Shown piece by piece: positions 1 to 9,577 of a stretch of DNA of 64,000 nucleotides. The first letter of the stretch is position 1; each line of letters starts with the position of its first letter. Made by a program: the position numbers and the translations under genes. A model generated the notes under the pieces. That model saw only the letters and a program-made list of their open reading frames with translations. It made no database searches and had not been told where the DNA came from. Source of the stretch: an uncultured Spirochaetaceae bacterium (lineage in GTDB: Bacteria > Spirochaetota > Spirochaetia > DSM-27196 > SLST01); NCBI GenBank assembly GCA_964599075.1, contig CAZREG010000002.1, forward strand, positions 40,176-104,175. The letters run 5' to 3'.

Positions 1-383
1 TTGTCAGCCGTATCTACTGGATTGACATGGCGAGTGGTGAGTACGAGGGCTTTGTCGATGTCCCCGGGAACGTACGTCCGGACCCCATATTTGGCTCCCT
101 GGGTGAACAGGAAGAGTTTCACTACGAGCTGGTGGGCACCGCCTCCGGTGAGCATCTTTTTCTTCTGAGCCAGGAGAGCGAGAATCAGTCACAACTGCTC
201 ATTCTGAGAACCAACGGCCAGGTTGTACGGCGGAGGACGCTTGGGATCGACTATCATGATGTGCTCATCAGGCAGCTGCACCTCTCACACACCGGCATAC
301 TCAGCGGCCTGCTCGCCAAGAGCGACCGGGTAGATATAGTCTGGTGGCGTACGGATCGGCTTTTCGAGACGGGAGTACCGTGA
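1..383 (+). CDS. C-terminal fragment of a hypothetical protein (reading frame open to the window edge)
   Basis: The frame of ORF 27..383 has no stop back to nt 3. No motif recognised. Its TGA overlaps the GTG of the next gene (GTGA). Confidence 0.35.
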   Translation, partial: VSRIYWIDMASGEYEGFVDVPGNVRPDPIFGSLGEQEEFHYELVGTASGEHLFLLSQESENQSQLLILRTNGQVVRRRTLGIDYHDVLIRQLHLSHTGILSGLLAKSDRVDIVWWRTDRLFETGVP

Positions 384-1882
384 AACTTGCTACGGCAGCA
401 CAGATGAGGCAGATCGACTCACGGGCCCAACAGGAGTGGGGGATGCCTGCTGAAGCGCTGATGGAGAGTGCCGGAGTGCAGGGCTGGCAGCTGCTCGAGT
501 CGTTGCTACCGGAATCGTTACACGGTGGTACCCGATCGATGGTGCTCTTTGCCGGCAAGGGCAACAACGGGGGAGATGCGCTTGTCATTGGTCGTTGTGC
601 CGCCCGTGCCGGCTGGCAGGTGACCGGAGTGATTGCTGCCTCTGAGGAATCACTTGGAAAGCTGCCGGCCGCACATCTGCGAACCCTTCGTACCATGGAT
701 GTCCCCGTCTTTCACTGGCCTGAAGAGCAGGAAGCGGTGCGCACCGCTTCTTCCAACGCCGATCTCCTTGTGGATGGAATTGCCGGGTCTGGAGTGCGAG
801 GGGCACTGCGAGCTCCCCTTGACGCGCTTGCAGAGCTGATCTCCTCGCAAGCAGCCTTCCGTGCAGCTATTGACGTGCCGAGCGGGCTTGGCGACACCTG
901 GGAGCCCGAGTTCCCGCTCGTACGGGCCCATCTCACCCTCGCCATGGGTCTCCCGCAACGCTCGCTCTACGAGCCAACCTCCCGCATGGCCTGTGGCATC
1001 ATCCGCGTGGTCGACGTCCCGTTTCCCCCCGCACTGCTCTCAGATGAAAGCCTTCCAGGCGAGATCCTCGACTGGTCTTCCAGCCTCCAACTTCGTCAGC
1101 AGGTACTTTATCTCCCTGCGGCTGCCTACAAGCACTCTCGGGGCACTCTCTACGTCTCTGCGGGTCACAGAGGGACTCTCGGGGCAGCGCTCCTCTGTGC
1201 TCACGCTGCCCAGCGATCACGTGCCGGACTGGTGCATCTTGTCGTCGATGATCCCCTCTACTCTGCGGCCTGCGCAGGGGCGGGCCCTGTCCTGGTGCAC
1301 GCCGCAAGCGACTGGCAACAGAAGCAAGCTCACTGTGACGCATCTCTTGTGGGGCCGGGCTGGGGCACCGGAGCCGGTCGCGAGATACTGCTTGCCCGTA
1401 TCCTTGCTCAATTCCGTCGGGGTGTCCTTGATGCTGATGCGCTGAATCTGCTCGGTGATCATAGTTCAGGCCGATTGGGCAACGGCTGGGTGATGACACC
1501 ACACGTTGGCGAGCTTGCCCGGCTTCTGGGTGCATCGACAAGTGAAGTGCGCTGCCAATTTATTGACTCGGCGATCGAGTGCGCGAGACGGTGGGGGTGT
1601 GTTGTGGTGGGAAAGAGTCAGGTGGTGGTGGTTGCAGACTCCCAGGGGCGCTACACCGTTGTTGACGGGATGAATCCCGCCCTGGGAACCGCCGGTAGCG
1701 GTGACGTCCTGGCCGGACTGATTGCGGGAATTCTCTGCGGCGGGGCGGACCCCTACGATGCCGCCCGTGTTGGTGTGCTCATTCATCAGCGGGCCGGAGA
1801 GCTTGCCCGTGCAGAGCTGGGTCTGTTTGCAGCAGACGCTCTTATGCCCTACGTAGCAAGGCTTGTTGACCATGGCGCGTGA
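380..1882 (+). CDS. nnr: Bifunctional NAD(P)H-hydrate repair enzyme (epimerase / ADP-dependent dehydratase)
   Basis: GKGNNGGDALV (YjeF N-terminal domain) and GTAGSGDVLAGLIAG (carbohydrate-kinase-like C-terminal domain). Start moved to in-frame GTG 380 (GGGAG SD 4 nt upstream), which gives the typical N-terminus KLATAAQMRQID. Confidence 0.85.
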   Translation: MKLATAAQMRQIDSRAQQEWGMPAEALMESAGVQGWQLLESLLPESLHGGTRSMVLFAGKGNNGGDALVIGRCAARAGWQVTGVIAASEESLGKLPAAHLRTLRTMDVPVFHWPEEQEAVRTASSNADLLVDGIAGSGVRGALRAPLDALAELISSQAAFRAAIDVPSGLGDTWEPEFPLVRAHLTLAMGLPQRSLYEPTSRMACGIIRVVDVPFPPALLSDESLPGEILDWSSSLQLRQQVLYLPAAAYKHSRGTLYVSAGHRGTLGAALLCAHAAQRSRAGLVHLVVDDPLYSAACAGAGPVLVHAASDWQQKQAHCDASLVGPGWGTGAGREILLARILAQFRRGVLDADALNLLGDHSSGRLGNGWVMTPHVGELARLLGASTSEVRCQFIDSAIECARRWGCVVVGKSQVVVVADSQGRYTVVDGMNPALGTAGSGDVLAGLIAGILCGGADPYDAARVGVLIHQRAGELARAELGLFAADALMPYVARLVDHGA

Positions 1883-2396
1883 AACGAGCGATCCAGGCCG
1901 AGGCGCCGGATCGCAGTTTGGTCCGGGTAGTGGACAGCCTGGATTCCACTACAACCGTGACGAGCGGACTGCCGGCCGGCCCGAGCGCCGACCGCGCGGC
2001 GGGTTCCTCTTCCGCAACAGGTCACTGGCCATTGTCCTCATCGATCTTCTGGTTGTGTTTGTGGTGTTCGTGCTGCTGCGGCTCTTTGTCTTCTCAGGCG
2101 ACCAGGTGAATACCGTAGGTCCGTTCGCCGTGGCTCTAGAAGCGTTTATGTTTGAGGACGATCTCTACCTTACCGTCAGCGTAGAGGCGCTCGATCCGTT
2201 GGAGCCCCGGAGTGGGGCGGAGTCTCTGTTCGTGGTGGAGTTTCCTGACGGAACAGAGGTTACGGATGTGGTGCCCGCCTCAGAGGGTGACGTTGTCGAG
2301 GTGCGTCATGTGACGGCCCGGGTGGCCGGGGAAGAGGTTGTGGTTGTGGTCCGTATCGAGGACACCCAAATAGAACTGTCACCAGGCGATCTCTGA
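1863..2396 (+). CDS. Hypothetical membrane-anchored protein
   Basis: Single hydrophobic helix LAIVLIDLLVVFVVFVLLRLFVF after an R/G-rich N-terminus. Start uncertain (TTG 1863 or ATG 1872). A T8 run follows the stop. Confidence 0.45.
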   Translation: MLTMARETSDPGRGAGSQFGPGSGQPGFHYNRDERTAGRPERRPRGGFLFRNRSLAIVLIDLLVVFVVFVLLRLFVFSGDQVNTVGPFAVALEAFMFEDDLYLTVSVEALDPLEPRSGAESLFVVEFPDGTEVTDVVPASEGDVVEVRHVTARVAGEEVVVVVRIEDTQIELSPGDL

Positions 2397-2481
2397 GCTT
2401 TTTTTTCCGCATGGTTCGTGACACCACGCTGTGGATTGACCGTTGCCGGGCGGTCAACTATTCTCCTGTGCAGGAGGCCCT

Positions 2482-2892
2482 ATGTTCCAGATGTATCTGC
2501 TCTCGATTATCACGATCGTTCTCGCGAGCGTTTCGCTCGGTTTCGACCGGCTCGATGAGCGGATTCACATTGGCGCTCTGGTCAGCGGTGAAGTACTCAA
2601 GCGTGGAACCTTCAGATTCGGCCTGGGTCTTGTCACGGCAGTTGTCGGCTTCTTCCGGCTTCTCTTTGCGACTGGAGAGAGCATTCCCGTGCTCGGTGAT
2701 TTCCTGCCGGCTTCCGCAGGGATGGTTCTCGGCTTCACGCTTGTGCTTATCTACTACAAGGAGAAGAGTAGTGTAGAGGCTGGTTTCCCAGCTCTCGACC
2801 GTATCCTGGTGCAGAACGCACCAAATCTTGCACTGCTCGGTCTTCTGATCGCGCTCCTGCATTTTCTTCTGCCTGCAGCGCTGTTTCTGTAG
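2482..2892 (+). CDS. Small integral membrane protein, unknown function
   Basis: Several hydrophobic segments. AGGAGG SD 4 nt before ATG 2482, so the longer track ORF from 2443 is probably an over-extension. Confidence 0.45.
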   Translation: MFQMYLLSIITIVLASVSLGFDRLDERIHIGALVSGEVLKRGTFRFGLGLVTAVVGFFRLLFATGESIPVLGDFLPASAGMVLGFTLVLIYYKEKSSVEAGFPALDRILVQNAPNLALLGLLIALLHFLLPAALFL

Positions 2893-2895
2893 GCC

Positions 2896-3282
2896 ATGGG
2901 TCCAAGGATAAGCACTGCGGCAGTGATTCGTCGGGACCGTCGGCTCTACTTTGTGAAGCGCCCCCCCGGGGGTGATCTCGGAGATTGCTGGGAGCTGCCG
3001 GGCGGGAAGTGTGACACCGGAGAATCCCCGGAGCAGGCGCTTCACCGGGAACTTGAGGAGGAGCTTGGCATTGACGCAGAGGTCCACCAGGCGGTCGGGC
3101 GATCCGCATTTGAACATAACGGTCGGCGGTTTGAACTGATTGCCTTTCGGGTAACGGCGGATGTGGACTCAGCCGAGCTCTGTGAACACGTCTGTGCGCG
3201 CTGGTTTTCCCGTGAAGAGGCACTTGCGCTCGAAGATCTTGCGCCATCGGATCGTTCATTGCTCGAACTGCTGCGTGAGTGA
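2896..3282 (+). CDS. Nudix hydrolase (MutT-like pyrophosphohydrolase)
   Basis: Nudix box GGKCDTGESPEQALHRELEEELGI (GX5EX7REUXEEXGU). Confidence 0.85.
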   Translation: MGPRISTAAVIRRDRRLYFVKRPPGGDLGDCWELPGGKCDTGESPEQALHRELEEELGIDAEVHQAVGRSAFEHNGRRFELIAFRVTADVDSAELCEHVCARWFSREEALALEDLAPSDRSLLELLRE

Positions 3283-4566
3283 TCAGATCACCGTGTCGTC
3301 TGGAATAACCCCGTTTTTTGGTACAATTATGATACCGTCCCGTACGAAGTAGTTGTGGTAGTTGCCGTCAGGAGGTCTGTCCCCAACGCCGATTCGGCAC
3401 CCTGAGCCAATCCGCGCGTCCTTGTCAATGATCGCTCTGCAGATGTGGGTCTCCGCTCCGATTCCGAGATCTGGAATCCCGGCGTTGCGATTGTCGGCTC
3501 TTTGCTCAGCGGTCTCATAGTAATCCGATCCCATGCAGATCACTCCCGAAAGCTGCGTCCCTGACTGCAGGATGGTTCGAATGCCGACGAGGGAATTGTC
3601 CACCGTTGCATTGGTGATGATACAGCCGTCGGCAGTGATGGTTCCGCGAAGTGTACAGGAGTTAAACTTGGTAGCCGGAAGGTCCCGCCGGCGGGTATAG
3701 ATGGGAGCGTTGTCTGCGTAGAAGTTGAATGCGGGCCGAATCTGAGCAAGGTCAAGGCTCGTCTCGTAAAAGTTCTTGATCGTTCCAATGTCTTCCCAGA
3801 ATCCGTCATAGATGTAGGCCCGTGTCGTGGCCTTCTCAATAAGCATGGGAATGATCTCTTTTCCAAAATCAGTAAGCTCGTTGTCGAGCGCCTTTTCCAG
3901 AGCACCCGCCCGAAAGCAGTAGATGCCCATGGAAGCAAGGTACTCCTTTGGTTCCTCGCCTTCAGCAACGCCCGGTTGCAGCGCGTGGGGAATACGAAGG
4001 TGCGAGATATCAACCTCAAGTGCAGGTTTCTCCGTGAAGTTGGTGATGGTCCCGTCGTCGGCAGCAGTCATGATCCCAAAGCCGGTCGCCGCCTCCCGGC
4101 CGACCGGAGTAGTGGCGATTGTGACGTCCCGCCCACTCTCAACATGCTCGCGGACGAACTGTTCAAGATCCATCCGGTAGAGTTGATCTCCGGAGAGAAT
4201 GAGATAGTGCTCCGGCCGCTGTGTGCGGAAGTGCACAAAGTTCTTGCGTACCGCGTCTCCCGTCCCCTCATACCATCCGGTGTGGTCGAACGTCTGCTGG
4301 GCGGCAAGAATCTCGACGAAGCCCTTGGTAAATGCATCAAAGATATAGGTGTTCGCAATGTGGAGGTGCAGGCTTGCGGAGTTGAACTGGGTGAGAACGT
4401 AGATCTGCTTGAAACCTGCGTTGATGCTGTTCGAAAGCGGAATGTCGACAAGTCGATACTTCGCGCCGAAAGGAACCGCGGGTTTGGCACGGTTCATGGT
4501 CAGCGGGTAGAGGCGAGTTCCCTTTCCACCACCAAGGACGATTGTCAGCACTTTCGATGTGGGCAC
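3283..4566 (-). CDS. glgC: Glucose-1-phosphate adenylyltransferase
   Basis: N-terminal LGGGKGTRLYPLT nucleotidyltransferase motif, WYEGTGDAV, and a C-terminal left-handed beta-helix region. 427 aa. Confidence 0.9.
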   Translation of the reverse strand: MPTSKVLTIVLGGGKGTRLYPLTMNRAKPAVPFGAKYRLVDIPLSNSINAGFKQIYVLTQFNSASLHLHIANTYIFDAFTKGFVEILAAQQTFDHTGWYEGTGDAVRKNFVHFRTQRPEHYLILSGDQLYRMDLEQFVREHVESGRDVTIATTPVGREAATGFGIMTAADDGTITNFTEKPALEVDISHLRIPHALQPGVAEGEEPKEYLASMGIYCFRAGALEKALDNELTDFGKEIIPMLIEKATTRAYIYDGFWEDIGTIKNFYETSLDLAQIRPAFNFYADNAPIYTRRRDLPATKFNSCTLRGTITADGCIITNATVDNSLVGIRTILQSGTQLSGVICMGSDYYETAEQRADNRNAGIPDLGIGAETHICRAIIDKDARIGSGCRIGVGDRPPDGNYHNYFVRDGIIIVPKNGVIPDDTVI

Positions 4567-4572
4567 GTCTGG

Positions 4573-4601
4573 AGTCTACGCCCGGTCAGGGCACTTTTCA
4601 A
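4573..4601 (-). promoter_or_regulatory. Sigma70-type promoter of glgC with leaderless geometry
   Basis: Minus strand TTGAAA-N17-TAGACT, then 6 nt (ccagac), then GTG 4566. No SD. Confidence 0.5.
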
Positions 4602-4651
4602 GCAAAGAATGATGAGCTTTCCGTCAGGGGTGGGGAATAGTATGATGAGGT

Positions 4652-6973
4652 ATGGCAGAAGTGGATCAGCTGGTAAAGCGTCTTGAGGACGACAGTGAGT
4701 TCATGTCGTGTGTCACCCGCTGGGAGCGAATCCCGGCGCGTGAGGGCAGCTATGCGCCGCTACCGACGGAACTGAACCCAGCTATTCAGCATGCGCTGAA
4801 AAAGCGCGGAATCGACCGGCTCTACACCCACCAGGCCGACTCCTTTGAGGCTGCTCGCAGACGGGAAGACTTCGTGGTGGTGACTCCAACGGCCTCCGGA
4901 AAGACACTCTGCTACAATCTTGCGGTGCTTCAACGGATTCTTGAGGAGCCCTCGAGTCGTGCTCTCTACCTGTTTCCAACGAAGGCGCTGAGCCAGGATC
5001 AGCAGTCGGAGTTGAACGAGTCTGTGCTTGCCGGTGAGCTCAATGTTCGAATCGTGACCTACGATGGGGATACGCCGGTCTCTCTTCGCACCGCCGCACG
5101 GGACAAGGGCCAGATCGTCATCTCGAATCCTGACATGCTGCACTCCGGGGTGCTGCCAAACCATCCGAAGTGGATAAAATTTCTCAGGAACCTGGACTAC
5201 ATTGTCATTGATGAGATCCACACCTACCGTGGTATCTTTGGTTCGCACATGACAAACGTTGTGCGGCGGCTGCGTCGCATCGCGGCGTTCTACGGATCCA
5301 ATCCAACGTTCATCTGCTGCTCTGCAACTATTGGGAACCCCGCAGAGCTTGCGGGTCGAATTGTGGAGAAGGATGTTCGCCTGATCGACAACAACGGTGC
5401 GCCTTCCGGGGAGAAGCATCTCATTCTCTATAATCCACCATTGGTGGACAGGGTCCAGGGCATCCGTCGAGGCGTTGTAAAGGAGAGCCAGCGTTTTGCG
5501 CTCTATTTTCTTCGTGCCGGGGTCAAGACGATTGTATTCAGCCGGTCCCGTGTCCGCACGGAGTTGATCGCAAGCTACATCAACAAGAGTCTGGCAAATG
5601 TCTACACGGAGAACGAGCGGATTCGGGTGGAGGCGTACCGCGGAGGATACCTGCCGAGTGAGCGTCGGAGCATTGAAAAGGGGCTTCGCGATGGTACGAT
5701 TCACGGTGTTGTCAGTACGAACGCGCTGGAGCTCGGAATCGATATCGGCGGTCTGGATGCGGCTGTTCTCGGTGGTTATCCCGGAAGCATTGCGAGTGCC
5801 TGGCAACAGGCAGGACGCGCCGGGCGTCGCAACACCGTAAGTCTGGCTCTTGTTCTTGCAAGCGCGAGTCCGCTCGACCAGTACATGGTCAAGCATCCAG
5901 AGTACTTTCTTGGTATTCCGCCGGAGAGCGGCTTTGTTGACCCGGACAACATGTACGTGCTCTCTGATCATCTGAAGTGTGCGGTTTTTGAGTTGCCGTT
6001 CAAGGAGCTCGGTCCGTTTCCCCAGGTTAGTCTTGATGCGCTCGAGTATCTGGAGGAGACCGGTGCAATCCGCCGGACCGGTGGTGCCTACTACTGGTCG
6101 GATCGATCGTATCCGGCGGAGGGGATATCCCTGAGAAGCGCCACCAGCGATAATGTGATCATCATAGATACCACCCAGGGAAGACATGAGGTCATTGGTG
6201 AGATGGATCGCCCAAGTGCGAAAGAACTGATCTACGACAACGCAATCTACATCCATCGCGGGACGCAGTACGTTGTTCAGAAGCTGGACATTGAAGACCG
6301 GCGCTGTTATGTGGAGCGAACGGACGTCAACTACTTCACCGACTCTCTGGTCAAGCGTGACATCAAGGTTCTGCACGAAGACAGCCGGGAGCAGGCGGCG
6401 GGATGTGAGCTGGTGACCGGTGACATTCTTGTTCGTACGCAGGTGGCAAAGTTCAAGAAGCTTCGGTTTCAGACACATGAGAACGTGGGCTTCGGGGAGA
6501 TCTCCCTCCCTGAGGAAGAGATGCATACTCGAAGCGTGGTTATCGTCTTCTCGGAGGGAACCGAGGCAGGGAAGGCTGCAGCCGCACTGGACGCGACTGT
6601 TCTTGGCCCGGCGATCTCACGGATCGGAACGCTCATCAAGAATGTTGCGCCCGCGTTTCTGCTCTGTGACCCTCAGGACCTTGGGGTCGCTGAGCGGGTG
6701 CGTGACCCGCACTTTGGAGCGCCCGCGCTCTACGTGTACGACAGCTATCCGGGGGGCTCGGGGCTCAGTGAGGCGTTTGTCTCACGGGTAGCGCCGGTGC
6801 TACGCGCCGCACTGGAGCTTGTGGATTCGTGCTCCTGCGAGGAGGGGTGTCCCTCCTGTGTGGGACCACGGGACGCGAGTGAGGAGATCGACGGGAGTCC
6901 AAAGGCCGCTGTTCAGTTGCTGCTTAACGCCTGGCGGGAGGAATCGTGGGGGCTGATCTCTACAACCGTCTGA
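4652..6973 (+). CDS. DEAD/DEAH-box helicase with C-terminal DUF1998/MZB zinc domain (YprA/MrfA-like)
   Basis: Walker A TPTASGKT, DEIH box (VIDEIHTYRG), SAT, QQAGRAGR motif VI, and a C-terminal four-Cys cluster CSCEEGCPSCVGP. 773 aa. Confidence 0.85.
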   Translation: MAEVDQLVKRLEDDSEFMSCVTRWERIPAREGSYAPLPTELNPAIQHALKKRGIDRLYTHQADSFEAARRREDFVVVTPTASGKTLCYNLAVLQRILEEPSSRALYLFPTKALSQDQQSELNESVLAGELNVRIVTYDGDTPVSLRTAARDKGQIVISNPDMLHSGVLPNHPKWIKFLRNLDYIVIDEIHTYRGIFGSHMTNVVRRLRRIAAFYGSNPTFICCSATIGNPAELAGRIVEKDVRLIDNNGAPSGEKHLILYNPPLVDRVQGIRRGVVKESQRFALYFLRAGVKTIVFSRSRVRTELIASYINKSLANVYTENERIRVEAYRGGYLPSERRSIEKGLRDGTIHGVVSTNALELGIDIGGLDAAVLGGYPGSIASAWQQAGRAGRRNTVSLALVLASASPLDQYMVKHPEYFLGIPPESGFVDPDNMYVLSDHLKCAVFELPFKELGPFPQVSLDALEYLEETGAIRRTGGAYYWSDRSYPAEGISLRSATSDNVIIIDTTQGRHEVIGEMDRPSAKELIYDNAIYIHRGTQYVVQKLDIEDRRCYVERTDVNYFTDSLVKRDIKVLHEDSREQAAGCELVTGDILVRTQVAKFKKLRFQTHENVGFGEISLPEEEMHTRSVVIVFSEGTEAGKAAAALDATVLGPAISRIGTLIKNVAPAFLLCDPQDLGVAERVRDPHFGAPALYVYDSYPGGSGLSEAFVSRVAPVLRAALELVDSCSCEEGCPSCVGPRDASEEIDGSPKAAVQLLLNAWREESWGLISTTV

Positions 6974-8112
6974 AAAGGATCCGCTCCCAACGTGAGCAAA
7001 CGGCGTCGGATGCCTGTGAACATCATTCGCAGGAGGTCCGTGCCGATGTGCCGGTAAGCGGTGACTGGACCCCGGTGGCACCGATGGTGCTCGAACGGCG
7101 AACCTTCCACCTGGTGCCCGGGCTTCCCGAGGATGTGTTCGAGTCCAGGATTACCGGCACAAGAGTGGAGCCGGCTCAGTTACGGTTCATTGACACCGAG
7201 ACAACGGGACTTTCCGGGGGCGCAGGAACCACGGTCTTTCTCATTGGCGTTGGGCGAGCAGTCACAACCGGTAGAGATACAGCCGGGATTGAATTGACGC
7301 AACTCCTGTTGACCGATTACCCGGGAGAAGTGCATTTCCTTGAGCGGGCGCTCGAGATTCTTGGCCGGCAGACCACCTGGGTGAGCTACAACGGGAAGGC
7401 CTTTGACGCGCGACTGCTCGAGACACGGTGTATCATGAACGGGATCACGCCACCGACTCCGGTCCACATCGATCTCCTCTACTGGAGCAGACGATTCTGG
7501 CGTCGTTTGCTGCCCGACTGTTCGCTCTCCTCAGTTGAGACGCATGTTCTTGGGCGGCAGCGTACCGGTGATATTCCCGGTATTGAGATTCCCGAACGCT
7601 ACTTTCAGTTTCTTGCGTCGCAGCAGACACCAACTCTGGATGATGTTGTTGACCACCATAGTCGTGACATTGTCTCGCTCGCTTATCTGCTGGTTCACGT
7701 GGAGACGCTGCTTGCCGGGCCGGCAGGGGTCCATGCCTTTGATCATTTACAGGTCGGCCGATGGTTTCTGCCACGCGAGCCGGCAACTGGTGTTTGGATG
7801 CTCGAGCATGTTGTTACCTGCGGCGGATCCGACGATCGCGAGCGTGCTGCGACCCTGCTGATACACCACTACCGGATGTGCGGAGATCTCAATGCTGCGC
7901 GCCTTCTCTCAGATCGATTTGAGACCCCATGCTCGCTTCAGCTGATGGAGGAAATGGCAAAACTGTACGAGCACGAGCTGCAAGACCCCCGGAGAGCACT
8001 CGCGATAGCGGAAAGGTTCCCCTCGGCGCCGGCTCTCTTACCTGGGGTGGAGCGGCGCATTGCCCGCCTGCGTGAGAAATGCCGCCTCAGGGTGCCTGCT
8101 CGGAAAGAGTGA
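6946..8112 (+). CDS. RNase H-like / DnaQ-fold exonuclease with helical TPR-like C-terminus (YprB/MrfB-like)
   Basis: RFIDTETTGLSGGAGTTVFLIGVG (DEDD-type exo motif I), SYNGKAFD, HHSRDIVSL. Overlaps the helicase gene end by 28 nt (coupled). Confidence 0.75.
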   Translation: MGADLYNRLKRIRSQREQTASDACEHHSQEVRADVPVSGDWTPVAPMVLERRTFHLVPGLPEDVFESRITGTRVEPAQLRFIDTETTGLSGGAGTTVFLIGVGRAVTTGRDTAGIELTQLLLTDYPGEVHFLERALEILGRQTTWVSYNGKAFDARLLETRCIMNGITPPTPVHIDLLYWSRRFWRRLLPDCSLSSVETHVLGRQRTGDIPGIEIPERYFQFLASQQTPTLDDVVDHHSRDIVSLAYLLVHVETLLAGPAGVHAFDHLQVGRWFLPREPATGVWMLEHVVTCGGSDDRERAATLLIHHYRMCGDLNAARLLSDRFETPCSLQLMEEMAKLYEHELQDPRRALAIAERFPSAPALLPGVERRIARLREKCRLRVPARKE

Positions 8113-9574
8113 CCGCTCGCGCAAAGACCTCGGTGTAGTGGGCTACCGCGTCCTCCCATGAGAATCGCACCTTCATGGCCGACCGTTGCATGCTCTCGAT
8201 TCGCGTATGCTCAGAGTTCCACATGGCCACCGCTGATTCCACGGTCTGCACAATTGCCCGGGGCGAGGTTTCGGGGATAAGGAAACCTGTTCCTCCTTTC
8301 GAGTCAACAGGCTGCACGGTGTCCACGAACCCACCGGTGGTTGTGACGATTGGCAGGGTACCGTATCTCAGTGAGTAAAGCTGGTTCAGGCCGCACGGCT
8401 CATAGCGCGAGGGCATAAGAAAGAAGTCGCTCGCCCCCTCAATGAGGTGTGCCAGCTCTTCATTGAAACCGATTTCAAGCCCCATGCCGGGATAGCGATG
8501 CGCTATCGCCCGGAGGTAGTACTCGTAGCGCTCGTCACCACTGCCAAGAATGGCAAACTGCATGGAGTTTGTCTCCATGAGCTCGGTAAGCGCCCCGAAT
8601 CCGGGCGCGACCATCTCATCCCATCCCTTCTGATCGGTAAGGCGGCTTACCATCCCTATCAGCGGAATGTCGGTGCGTTCCGGCAGGTCAAGCTGATGCT
8701 GGAGCTGGGTCTTCAATCGGCTTTTCAATGCGATGGTTTCTGCGGTGTACTTCACGTCCAGGAACGGGTCACGTTCGGGGTTCCAGACCGTGTAGTCCAC
8801 TCCGTTGAGAATGCCCACAAGGGTATCTCCGCGAGCCTCCAGTTCGCGGTCCAGGAGGAAACCCCTGCGAGGTGTCTGGATCTCCCGTGCGTACTCCGGG
8901 CTCACGGTTGTCACCATGTCGGCATTGACAACTCCAGACTTCAGAACGTTGATCTCGTTGTGGTGCAAGAGCCCACTCTCGGTGAGAAGCTCCCAGCCCA
9001 GACCCGTATCGGGGTAGTCTGAGACCTGAAACCCGCCCTGGTACCCCAGGTTGTGAATGGTGAGAACGGTCGCGGGTCGCTTTGTTGCGCGTGGCGTCAG
9101 ACGCCGCGCAAGCAGTGGCAGCAGGGCCGTGGGCCAGTCGTGAGCCTGGATGAGTTGCGGCTCCCAGCCCAGGAAGGGCCCAAGCTGGAGAGCGGCATGG
9201 CTGAGGACGCTGAAGCGTCTCAGATTGTCGGGGTAGCTCTGATTTGCCTCCCCGTAGATTCCACCCCGTGCGTAGAGATCCTCGTGGTCAAGGAAATAGA
9301 CCACCACTGAGCTCTCTCCCAGGCGTCCCTCGTACACTGCGGTTGTATAGGTCTGAGTTCCAACCCGTATGCTAAACGGGGTGGGGTAGCGATAGAGCCT
9401 CTCCCGCTTGATTCCGTAGTAGCGAGGCATAAGAATGCGGACGTCGTGCCCCTTGCGGTCGAGCTCCTGCGCAAGGGCGCTCACTGCATCTGCCATCCCG
9501 CCGGACTTGGCGAATGGGACGGCCTCTGTCGTCACCATGAGGAGCGAATGGTTCTGTTTCTTTTTTTTTGCCAT
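8087..9574 (-). CDS. glgA: Glycogen synthase (ADP-glucose type, GT5)
   Basis: N-terminal EAVPFAKSGGMADAV (KTGGL-like motif), C-terminal PSRYEPCGLNQLYSLRYGTLPIV. 495 aa. Confidence 0.9.
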   Translation of the reverse strand: MAKKKKQNHSLLMVTTEAVPFAKSGGMADAVSALAQELDRKGHDVRILMPRYYGIKRERLYRYPTPFSIRVGTQTYTTAVYEGRLGESSVVVYFLDHEDLYARGGIYGEANQSYPDNLRRFSVLSHAALQLGPFLGWEPQLIQAHDWPTALLPLLARRLTPRATKRPATVLTIHNLGYQGGFQVSDYPDTGLGWELLTESGLLHHNEINVLKSGVVNADMVTTVSPEYAREIQTPRRGFLLDRELEARGDTLVGILNGVDYTVWNPERDPFLDVKYTAETIALKSRLKTQLQHQLDLPERTDIPLIGMVSRLTDQKGWDEMVAPGFGALTELMETNSMQFAILGSGDERYEYYLRAIAHRYPGMGLEIGFNEELAHLIEGASDFFLMPSRYEPCGLNQLYSLRYGTLPIVTTTGGFVDTVQPVDSKGGTGFLIPETSPRAIVQTVESAVAMWNSEHTRIESMQRSAMKVRFSWEDAVAHYTEVFARAVTLSEQAP

Positions 9575-9577
9575 AGG

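Noticed and set aside
2957-2972. C7G5 run (CCCCCCCGGGGG)
   Set aside because: It lies inside the Nudix gene and encodes PPGG. It is too short and too mixed to treat as a contingency tract.
4760-6526. 588-aa ORF antisense to the helicase gene
   Set aside because: A shadow ORF typical of GC-rich DNA. It has an R/P/G/V-rich low-complexity translation and no motifs, while the plus strand carries a complete set of helicase motifs.
4567-8112. The helicase/exonuclease pair as a mobile or defence island
   Set aside because: There is no integrase or transposase, no flanking direct repeats, no tRNA, and no visible GC shift. It is kept only as a synteny curiosity.
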